From Felis catus (taxonomy: Eukaryota), in the NCBI RefSeq assembly GCF_018350175.1, contig NC_058368.1:162628001-162692000 (forward strand): a DNA stretch of 64,000 bases. Reading direction: 5' to 3'. Every line of letters starts with the position of its first letter. Position 1 is the first letter of the stretch. Positions 1 through 10,480 of this stretch are shown here, one piece after another. A model generated the notes under the pieces. That model saw nothing but the letters and a program-made list of their open reading frames with translations. It was not told the origin of the DNA and searched no databases. The translations under genes were made by a program, and so were the position numbers.

Positions 1-298
1 AGTTATCCATTACTTTCTCATCATATAAGCACTCAGGCTAATTATTTTTTTATCAAGTTTTCTTTGCAAGCAGTTCTCTTATGCATGCATCACATTTTTT
101 CCCTGTGCATCACTTTTTTCAAGGTCCAGCTCAAGTTCTACCTTCTCTAGGAATTATCTAACAAACTTTTACAGTAATCATTATTTTTATTTACACAGAA
201 GTTGCATTCATCAGGAAAACAAAAAACTTACATAATTCAAAACTCAACCAGATGAAACATAATTTTGTAAATCTCTTTTGTTTGTACTAATTTGCGTT

Positions 299-316
299 CT
301 CTCTCTCTATCTCTCC

Positions 317-348
<32 letters not shown>
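299..348. repeat. Compound (CT)n(AT)n(GT)n microsatellite
   Basis: Read directly: ctctctct...atatatat gtgtgtgt. Confidence 0.9.
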
Positions 349-399
349 ACTGAACCCTAGATACACTAAAAATGTGAGTATTGATGGAACAAAAGTGCA

Positions 400-830
400 A
401 TAAAAGAATTACACTTAAAAAATACAGAAGGTTACTGTTGAAAGATAAGATAGAAGGAAAAGAAGTTGAATAAAGAGGACCTGGATATTTGTATGGGAAA
501 AGGTTAATGGAAATTGAAGATGTGCATTTGATGGCTTCTTTTATTCAGTGACTATTTATAGGTGATGGAAATGAGATTTTGAGAGGTAAAACAATTTTCT
601 AAGGTCACAGTGTTGGTACCTAGCAGAAGAACTCCAAATCCATTTTTGTTGCTTAAAACCACACTATCTCTATGAGATAGAAGGCACAGCAGGAAAAGGT
701 TGGAGATTAGGAAGCCAGAAGAAAGAGAGGATGTCCTATAATAGTACATGTTAGGAAAAGAAGAAAAGATGCAATCAGTAATTATTAAACATATGTGTCT
801 GGTCAGCATTGAAAAGCAACTGATCTAAGA
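400..830 (-). mobile_element. Degenerate L2 LINE fragment
   Basis: Purine-rich stretch with the L2-like motif 'tttgatggcttcttttattcagtga'; highly diverged. Confidence 0.4.
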
Positions 831-1614
831 TTGTCTTTCAAAATATATTTAAAAGAAATGTATCCTAATTTAGATTGCCTATTTTGTTCCTCAGTTCACT
901 TAGATCAAAGGCATATTATAAAAACTAAGCCCATGTACTGACTAATCCAAGGCAAAGAATACCTTTATGCACATCATGCCCCCAGTCCCCTCTTAGGTAA
1001 TTATTACCTTCCGGAAGACCTACCTGAGGTTAAAGCCCTAAGAAATCTACGTATTGTATACTCATCCGCCAAGGTACAGATAATTTCACCAGGAAGGGGT
1101 GGCTGCATTAAAGGAAGCTTTAACTGGCCAACAAATGATGGTATGTCCAACCCAAACACATCTCTGAAAATCAGAACAAGAAATATAAAAGTAACGGAGA
1201 TGTAAGTAAGGAAAGGGGAAACCAAAAGTGTATAATGTAAAACTGTGTCTAAAACCATGCAATCCAAAAGTAAGTTATGTTAATGGTAAAAAAGAAATGC
1301 TCTCTTCCACTTCATCTGAACTAGCTCATCAGTCCAAGATTGCAAGCAGCCTAGTAGAAGCAGTAATGACCACAAAAGTCCCTCGTAAGACCCTGGTGAA
1401 CTCCTTTAGAGCAAGATGCCAGAATAAGGAAATCTATTATTATCACTACTATCTCTACCCTTAGATAAACAGTTATTGGTGATTTGAGTGGACTTCTGTT
1501 CCATGAAGTGCTAACTTCAAACACATATCATACAAAGAGGTAATAAGACTATTAAATGGCTACGTATTTACTGAGAAAGTAAGTCCTGGATCAAATTTTC
1601 TATGAATACATGAC

Positions 1615-1783
1615 AAACCTGCTAAAAACCTGCCACTTTTCAGGATCAAGAGAAGGATGTCTCTTGTTACTTCTCCTTTTCAACATCATACTGGAACAAA
1701 CAAGGCAAGAAAAGGAAATAAAAGGTGTAGATATCAGGAAAGAAAAAAATAAAACTACCCTTGTTTGTACCTGACATAAGTGA
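1615..1783 (+). mobile_element. Old L1 (L1MC-like) ORF2 reverse-transcriptase fragment, left flank of the array
   Basis: 'tcaacatcatactggaac...aaggcaagaaaaggaaataaaaggt...aaactacccttgtttgtacctgacata' matches the L1 ORF2 region FNIVLE...RQEKEIKG...LFADD; compare 57494-57600 in this window. Confidence 0.75.
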
Positions 1784-1858
1784 CTTTCTTTCTTCTTTCT
1801 TTCCCTCTCTCCCTCCCTCTTTCTTTCTTTCTCTTTCTTTCTTTCTTTCTTTCTTTCT

Positions 1859-1889
<31 letters not shown>

Positions 1890-1936
1890 TTTCTTTCCCT
1901 CTCTCCCTCCCTCTTTCTCTTTCTTTCTTTCTTTCT

Positions 1937-1973
<37 letters not shown>

Positions 1974-2020
1974 TTTCTTTCCCTCTTTCTTTCTTTCTTT
2001 CTCTTTCCTTCTTTCTTTCT

Positions 2021-2057
<37 letters not shown>

Positions 2058-2150
2058 TTTCTTTCCCTCTTTGTTTCTTTCTTTCTTTCCCTCTCTCCAT
2101 CCCTTTTTCTTTCTTTCTTTCCTTCTTTCTTTCTTTCTTTCTTTCTTTCT

Positions 2151-2207
<57 letters not shown>

Positions 2208-2219
2208 TTTCCCTCTCTC

Positions 2220-2259
<40 letters not shown>

Positions 2260-2397
2260 TTTCTTTCCCTCTCTCCCTCCCTCTTTCTTTCTTTCTTTCT
2301 TTCTTTCTTCTTTCTTTCCCTCTTTCTTTCTTTCTTTCCTTCTTTCTTTCTTCTTTCTTTTCTTTTCTTTCTTTCTTTCCCTCTCTCCATCCCTTTT

Positions 2398-2446
<49 letters not shown>

Positions 2447-2554
2447 TTTCTTTCCCTCTTTCTTTCTTTCTTTCCTTCTTTCTTTCTTCTTTCTTTCTTT
2501 CTTTCTTTCTTTCTTCTTTCCCTCTCTCCTTTCTTTCTTTCTTTCTTTCTTTTT

Positions 2555-2591
<37 letters not shown>

Positions 2592-2676
2592 TTTCTTCTT
2601 TCTTTCTTCTTTCTTTCCCTCTCTCCCTCCCTCTTTCTTTCTTTTTCTTTCTTTCTTTCTTTCTTCTTTCTTTCCC

Positions 2677-2717
<41 letters not shown>

Positions 2718-2889
2718 TTTCTTTCCCTTTCTCCCTCCCTCTTTCTTTCTTTCTTTCTCTTTCTTTCTTTCTTTCTTTCTTCTTTCTTTCTTCTTTCTTT
2801 CCCTCTCTCCCTCCCTCTTTCTTTTTCTTTCTTTCTTTCTTTCTTTTCTTTCTTTCTTTCTTTCTTCTTTCTTTCCCTCTCTCCCTCCC

Positions 2890-2930
<41 letters not shown>

Positions 2931-2975
2931 TTTCTTTCCCTCTTTCTTTCTTCTTTCTTTCCCTCTCTCCCTCCC

Positions 2976-3016
<41 letters not shown>

Positions 3017-3071
3017 TTTCTTTCCCTCTTTCTTTCTTCTTTCTTTCCCTCTCTCCCTCCCTCTTTCTTTC

Positions 3072-3110
<39 letters not shown>

Positions 3111-3127
3111 CTCTTTCTTTCCCTTTC

Positions 3128-3172
<45 letters not shown>

Positions 3173-3208
3173 TTTCTTTCTTTCTTTCTTCTTTCTTTCC
3201 CTCTCTCC

Positions 3209-3253
<45 letters not shown>

Positions 3254-3286
3254 TTCTTTCTTTCCGTCTCTCCCTCCCTCTTTCTT

Positions 3287-3317
<31 letters not shown>

Positions 3318-3560
3318 TTTCTTTCCCTCTCTCCCTCCCTCTTTCTTTCTTTCTCTTTCTTTCTTTCTTTCTTTCTTTCCTTCTTTCTTTCTTCTTTCTT
3401 TCTTTCTTTCTTTCTTTCTTTCCTTCTTTCTTTCTTTCTTTCTTCTTTCCCTCTCTCCCTCCTTTCTTTCTTTCTTTCTTTCTTTCTTTCCCTCTTTCTT
3501 TCTTTCTTTCTTTCTTTCCTTCTTTCTTTCTTTCTTCTTTCTTTCTTTCTTTCTTTCTTC
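1784..3560 (+). repeat. Polypyrimidine compound satellite: (TTTC)n punctuated by TTC and CCCTCTCTCCCTCCCTC or CCCTC blocks (left arm)
   Basis: Almost only C/T for ~1.78 kb; I see purines only near 2073, 2099, 2389 and 3266; C-rich blocks recur every ~25-120 bp. Confidence 0.97.
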
Positions 3561-3562
3561 TG

Positions 3563-3676
3563 GAAAGAAAGAAAGAAAGAAAGAAAGAGGGAAAGAAAGA
3601 AGAAAGAAAGAAAGAAAGAAAGAAGAAGAAAGAAAGAAAAAGAAAGAAAGAAGAAAGAAGAAAGAAAGAGAAAGAA

Positions 3677-3708
<32 letters not shown>

Positions 3709-3773
3709 GGGAGAGAGGGAAAGAAAGAAGAAAGAAAGAAAGAAAGAAAGAAAGAGGGAGAGAGGGAAAGAAA

Positions 3774-3822
<49 letters not shown>

Positions 3823-3844
3823 GGGAGGGAGAGAGGGAAAGAAA

Positions 3845-3905
<61 letters not shown>

Positions 3906-3917
3906 GGGAGAGGGAAA

Positions 3918-3970
<53 letters not shown>

Positions 3971-4032
3971 AAAAGAAAGAGGGAGGGAGAGAGGGAAAGA
4001 AAGAAGAAAGAAAGAAGAAAGAAAGAAAGAAA

Positions 4033-4063
<31 letters not shown>

Positions 4064-4204
4064 AGAGAAAGAAAGAAAGAAAGAAAGAAAGAAAAAGAAA
4101 GAGGGAGGGAGAGAGGGAAAGAAAGAAGAAAGAAAGAAGAAAGAAAGAAAGAAAGAAAGAAAGAGAAAGAAAGAAAGAAAGAGGGAGGGAGAGAGGGAAA
4201 GAAA

Positions 4205-4253
<49 letters not shown>

Positions 4254-4289
4254 AAAAGAAAGAAAGAGGGAGGGAGAGAGGGAAAGAAA

Positions 4290-4342
<53 letters not shown>

Positions 4343-4434
4343 AAAAAGAAAGAGGGAGGGAGAGAGGGAAAGAAAGAAGAAAGAAAGAAAGAAGAAAGAA
4401 AGAAAGAAAGAAAGAAGGAAAGAAAGAAAGAAAA

Positions 4435-4490
<56 letters not shown>

Positions 4491-4508
4491 GGGAGGGAGA
4501 GAGGGAAA

Positions 4509-4539
<31 letters not shown>

Positions 4540-4629
4540 AAGAAAGAAAGAAAGAGAAAGAAAGAGGGAGGGAGAGAGGGAAAGAAAGAAGAAAGAAAGA
4601 AGAAAAAAAGAAAGAAAGAAAGAAAGAAA

Positions 4630-4665
<36 letters not shown>

Positions 4666-4677
4666 GAGAGAGGGAAA

Positions 4678-4722
<45 letters not shown>

Positions 4723-4741
4723 AGAAAGAAAGAAATAAGGA

Positions 4742-4773
<32 letters not shown>

Positions 4774-4783
4774 GGGAAAGAAA

Positions 4784-4814
<31 letters not shown>

Positions 4815-4857
4815 AGAAAGAAAGAAAGAAAGAAAAAGAGGGATGGAGAGAGGGAAA

Positions 4858-4917
<60 letters not shown>

Positions 4918-4955
4918 GAAGGAAGGAAGGAAGGAAGAAAGAAAGGAAAAGAAAA
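3563..4955 (-). repeat. Polypurine compound satellite: (GAAA)n with GAGGGAGGGAGAGAGGG blocks (right arm, reverse orientation of the left arm), ending in (GGAA)n
   Basis: Almost only A/G for ~1.39 kb; units are reverse complements of left-arm units. Confidence 0.97.
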
Positions 4956-4974
4956 TAATGTGGCCACATAACTT

Positions 4975-5457
4975 ATATTCTTAAAAAAAAATAGCAAAAT
5001 GGATTATAGACCTAAATTTAATATGCAAATCTATGAAATTCCTAGAAGATAACATAGGAAAAAATTCAGATGGTCTTGGCTTTGCCAATGACTTTTTAGA
5101 TACAACTCCAAAAGAACTGTGAAAAAGTAATTGATAAGCTGGATTTCATTAAAATTTACAATTTCTGATGTGTGCCAGATCCTGTGGAAACAGTGAGAAG
5201 ACAAGCCACATACTGTGAAAAAATATTTGTTACAAGCCTATCTGATAAAGCACTGTTATCCAAAATATAGAAAGCAGTTTGAAATTTAACAATAAGAAAT
5301 GAACAAACTAATTTTAACATAGGCAAAAGTTCTTAACAGATAATTCACCACAGAAGATGTTCAAATGGCAAAGACGCATATAAAATAGGCAAAAATCCAA
5401 GACACTGACAACACCAAACAATGGCAAGAATGTGGACCAACAGTAATTCTCATTCAT
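4975..5457 (+). mobile_element. Old L1 (L1MC-like) ORF2 3' part, right flank of the array
   Basis: 'aaaatggattatagacctaaat...cctagaagataacatagg...gactttttagatacaac...cactgacaacaccaaac' is typical L1M ORF2 C-terminal sequence. Confidence 0.85.
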
Positions 5458-5689
5458 TATTATTATTGTTATTATTTTAGATGTTTCCAAAATTTATTAC
5501 ATAGGATTTACAATCAAGCCCCCTCCACAATTTTTCTACTGCCTATTTCTGCAGTGACACATCCCTGCCCTATACTCCAGGAAAGCTTAGAATGAAATGT
5601 GTTGAAATTACAAATATTTTTTTCTTTTTAGTTGAAAGTTTATTTTTTATTGTTTTAAATTTTTTAAAAAAGATTTTATTCTTTATGTC

Positions 5690-6071
5690 CAAATTTTTAT
5701 TTAAATTCCAGTTAGTTGACATGCAGCATAATATTGGTTTCTGGTGTAGAACTTAGTGATTCATCACTTACATTCAGCACCCAGTGCTCATCACAAGTGT
5801 CCTCCTTAATACGCATCACCGATTTAGCCCATCCCTGCACCCAACACCCCTCCAGCAGTCCTCAGTTTGTTCTCTATAGCTAAGAATCTGTTTCTTGGTT
5901 TCCCTCTCTTTTTCCCATGTTATTTGTTTTGTTCCTTAAAATCCACATATGAGTGAAATTATATGGTATTTGTCTTTCTAATTCACTTCACTTAGCATAA
6001 TACTCTTGAGTTCCATTCACATCATTACAAATAGCAAGATTTTATTCTTTTTAATGGCTGAGTAATATTCC
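5690..6071 (-). mobile_element. Carnivore L1 3' end, 5'-truncated
   Basis: 'aattccagttagtt...cacccagtgctcatcacaagtg...ccacatatgagtgaaat' L1_Carn 3' UTR with a T-rich tail to the left. Confidence 0.9.
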
Positions 6072-6262
6072 AACATAAACTATGGGCTTTTAGTGATGAT
6101 GACGTGTCAGTTTAAGTTAATTAATTTTAACAAATTTATCACTCTGGTGACAGATCTTAATAGGAGAGGATGTGGATTTGTGGGGAGAAGAGAAGGGCAT
6201 ATATGACAAATCTCTATATGTTTCACTAAATTTTGCTGAACGTGAGACTGCTTTAGAAAATT
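6072..6262 (+). mobile_element. L1MC-like 3' terminal UTR
   Basis: 'taaactatgggctt...aacaaatttatcactctggtg...aaatctctat...aattttgctg...actgctttagaaaa' resembles the L1MC1/2 3' end. Confidence 0.75.
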
Positions 6263-6273
6263 TAGTGAATTTT

Positions 6274-6481
6274 TTTTTCAACATTTATTTATCTTTGGGA
6301 CAGAGAGAGACAGAGCATGAACGGGGGTGGGGCAGAGAGAGAGGGAGACACAGAATCGGAAACAGGCTCCAGGCTCTGAGCCATCAGCCCAAGGCCTGAC
6401 GCGGGGCTCGAACTCACGGACCGCGAGATCGTGACCTGGCTGAAGTCGGACGCTTAACCGACTGCGCCACCCAGGCGCCCC
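6274..6481 (-). mobile_element. Young felid SINEC (SINEC_Fc-type)
   Basis: Intact CpG-rich tRNA-derived head; perfect 18-bp TSD gaaaatttagtgaatttt at 6256-6273 and 6482-6499. Confidence 0.97.
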
Positions 6482-8006
6482 GAAAATTTAGTGAATTTTA
6501 GTGAGCTTGAGACTGCTTTAGAAAAATAGAGCCCATTTTAAAAAACTGTCTTCAAAAGGCACAGAATAAATAAAATTTCAGTTGGAAGGTAATTTTTTTT
6601 TATTTTATTTGAACGTGGACTCTTATTGGTAATTACAAGAAAGAGAGAATATTATTTACAATTTTTATAAAACCCATTTAACCCACTATTTTTAATTCAT
6701 TAACCAGTGTCACTTGTTGATGCCTCACATAGGAAATTTGTTTCTAAATGTATTATTAAGAAATGTTAATCTCCTTAGAAATAGTGCTATGCTTCACTGG
6801 CAAGATCTGGTCTGATAAGACCCCTTTTGAATTGGCTGCTAAGTTATAGTCCAACACGACACAGAATATCACAATAATATTACTCTTTCAGATTTTCAGC
6901 AATTTATTTATCTATTTTATGTCCTTAGTTTACCAGTCTAATAGGGAAAAAAAGGAAGGGTTGAAGATTTTTGGCAATTTTATTAACTTCGCACATACTG
7001 CTTTTACATTAGATCATATAAAATCTTAATTAGAAGGTAGCCTTTCTGATAATATGAGAAATAGCACTATAGCTTACTATGAGATTCTGAACACAGAGCA
7101 GAGTTTACTTTTACCCACATCTGAAACTATTAGTATGTTATGGTTTCATCTAGTCAAATTTATTTATTTCCAATGTCTCCAAATTAAATATAGCAGTACA
7201 AAAAATTGCTATCCTAGAGTTACAAGAAAGTTATGTAGTATGGCAAAAATTTTCAGTGGCCTTCATTCTTGCATTGTTTTTCAAGTGAATGCTCTTGGAC
7301 ACTAAACCACTACCACAAAAATGAAACTAATCATTTTCTTTTATATCTCTTTATGTGAAAGACCATTACAAACATATCAGGTTAAGACACAAATGTCTAA
7401 CGCCACGTGACATTGGTTTTCTGGTATCTGTATAATATCCAGTGGACAGATGTCAATATATCATAATCGCTGCCATCATTAATAATATGCCTCAAGTAGG
7501 GATGATAAACCAGGTGAATCTGCCAAGTGAAAACTTGGGTGAAGGCTGCAGCCATTAATTTTCTTTTATGATGTTCTATTTTTCATTAAGTTTGGTGTTT
7601 AGATTGAATTTGTTTCCAGAGTATTAGCCTGTGGCAATAAGGGAGGTTAGTTAGAGTTTGTCCCAGAAGCATGGAAAACACACTAAAACAAACAGACAAA
7701 CAAACAATCAAAACTCACGAAAATTTATTTCCAAAATGTTAACTTAAATTCTATAAGAAGAGTTATAAACACACCACTCATTCACCAAAGACCTGGGTTG
7801 AAGGGAGTTTACAGCATTAGAAAGCACTTAAAATAATTTTCATTAAGAATTTGATATGAGTGCCTTATAAGTTGTTGTGGGGGACCACAGCTCCACATGA
7901 AGAGCTTGTCTCAGTATACCACTTGCTACTATTGACCAAGAGCTGTAGAGGCTAAAGTTTCCAAGCAGTTGACAGAAACAATATGGTGTTATATATGCCC
8001 ATTTTC

Positions 8007-10480
8007 TTTTTCTCTCTGTTATTCTTTTTTGAGGAGCATTTTACTAATTTTTATTCTTTTCAATTTTATTTGTTGATATATAATTGACATATAGCATTGT
8101 ATTAATTTAAGATATACAACATAATCATTTGATGTGTGTATATATTGCAAAATTATTACCACAGTAAGTTTATTAACAAAAGAGTTATATAGGTGTGGGA
8201 AAAAAATGTGGTGACCTCCATTTTGCCCTGTTTTTCAACTGGATATTCTTGGACATTAAATATCATGTATAATTTTGCCCTGTGATAAGAACTGTTAAGA
8301 TCTACTATCTTAGCATCTTTCAAATATATAATGCAGTATTATTAATTACATTAGCCATTATATACATTACATCTCCAGACCTTAATCTTATAACTGGAAG
8401 CTTGTGCCATTTGACCATGATTACTCATTTCCCTCATCCCTCAACTCCCACCTCTGGCAACCACCAATCTGTTCTGTTTCTAGGATTTCTGGGTTTGTTT
8501 TTTAGTTTTTTGTTTGTTTGTTTATTTGTTTGTTTGTTTGTTTAAGATTCCACATATAAATGAGATCATATGGTATTTGTCTTTCTCTGACTTATTTCAG
8601 TTTGCATAATGCCTTCAAGGTCCATCTATGTTGCTGCAAATGATAAGACTCCTGTATATATATGAATATGTATATATATTAATATATTTATTTATATTTA
8701 TATGTATATTATATATTATACATATATATAATTTTCTTTATTGACACATCCATTGATTGACATTTAGTTTGTTTCCATGTCTTGACCATTGTGAATAATG
8801 CTGTGGTGAACATGGGGGTACAGAGTTCTCTTTGAGATAGTGATTTTATTTCCTTCGTGTATATATATCCCCAACTGGAATTGCTAGATCATATGATAGT
8901 TCTATTCTTAATTTTTTGAGGATCTTCCATACTGTTTTCCGCAGTGACTGCAACAGTTTACATTCCGATCAACAGTGCCCAAAGGTTCTCTTTTCTCCAC
9001 ATCCTCACCAATGCTTCTTATTTCTTGGCTCTTTGATGATAGCCATTCTAACAGGTGTGAGGCAATACCTCATTGTAACTTTGATTTGCATTTCCCTGAT
9101 GATTAGTGATGTTGAGCACCTTTTTAGGTACTTGGCCATCTTTATATGTGTTCTTTTAAAAACACCTATTCAGTTCTTTTTCCCATATTTTAATTGGGTT
9201 GTTGTTTTGTTGTTTTTTTCCTGTTGCGTTGTATGAATTCTTTATATATTTTGAATATTAACCTCTTATCAGATACATGCTTTGCAAATATTTTTTTCCC
9301 ATTCAGTAGGTTGCCTTTTCATTTTTAATGGTTTCCTTTTCTGTGCAAAACCTTCTTCATTTTATGTAGTAACACTGGTTTACTTTTCTCTTGTTGTCTT
9401 CGCTTTTCATGTCAAATACAAAAAATCTTTGCAAAATCATTAAGGAGCTTATCCCCTATGTTTTCTTCTACAAGTTTTATGGTTTTAAGTCTTACATTCA
9501 AGTTGTTAATCCATTTTGAATTGCATTTTGAGTATGGTGTAAGATAGAGGTCTGGTTGCATTCTTTTGTATGTGACTGCCCAGTGTTCCCATCATAATTT
9601 ATTGAAGAGACTATTCTTTCCTCATTGTATATTCCTGGATCCTCTGTCATAAGTTGATTGACCTTGAAAATGTAGGTTTATTTTTAGACTCTCTATTCTG
9701 TTCCATTGATCTATGTGTTTGTTTTTATAACAATAACATATTGTTTTTATTATTATAGCTCTGTAACACAGTTTGAAATCAGGGAGTGCAATGCCTCCAG
9801 CTTTGATCTTAAGATGGCTTTGATTATTCAGGGTATTTCCATACAAATCTGAGATTTTTTTTTTCTATTTTTGTGAAAAATGTCATTGGAATTTTGGTAG
9901 GGATTGTGTTAAATCTGTGAATCATTTTCAGGAGTGTGAACACTTAGGTATTAATTCTTCTAATCCACAGCACAGAATATCTTTCCATTTATGTATTCTT
10001 CAGTGCCTTTCATCAATGTCTTATAGTTTTCAGTATACACATATGTCATCTCTTTGGTTAAATTTATCCCTAGGTATTTTATTCATCATACAAATATGAA
10101 TGGAATGATTTTCTTCATTTCTCTGATAGTTCATCACTGGTGCATTAAAACACAACTAATTTTTCCAAAATTATTTGTACCCTGCAACTTTACCAAATGT
10201 GTTTGTTAGTTCTAACAGGTTTTTTTTGCCGAGTCTTTATGGTTTTCTATATATAATATCATGATATTTGCAAATAGAAACAATTTTACTTCTCTCCAGT
10301 TTGGATGCCTCTTATTTCTTTTTCTTACCTAGTTGTCCCAGTACCATGTTAAATAAAAATGGTTAGAATGGGCATCCTTGTCTTCTTTCTGATCTTACTT
10401 TTCACCAATGAGTATGATGTTAGTTGTTGACTTGTCGTATATGTCCTCTATTATGTGGAATTATGTTCCCTCTATAGTTA
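8007..10480 (-). mobile_element. 5'-truncated L1 (L1MA9/L1_Carn-like), ~2.5 kb, ORF2 3' half plus 3' UTR
   Basis: ORF 9622..9846(-) [14 protein letters not shown]...DQWNRIES is an ORF2 fragment; 16-bp TSD atatatgcccattttc at 7991-8006 and 10481-10496. Confidence 0.95.

Noticed and set aside
1784..4955. Perfect palindrome or CRISPR-like array
   Set aside because: The arms differ in length and in unit counts right from the centre; the 'spacers' are just variable TTTC runs, and this is mammalian DNA with no cas genes.
1667..4997. Four ORFs over 1000 aa as protein-coding genes
   Set aside because: Pure C/T or A/G tracts cannot contain stop codons, so frames are open on both strands automatically; the products are low-complexity and show no domain or splice structure.
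6274..6481. tRNA gene (also applies to the other SINE heads)
   Set aside because: The A/B-box-like sequence is the tRNA-derived SINEC head, followed by a CT tract, tail and TSD.
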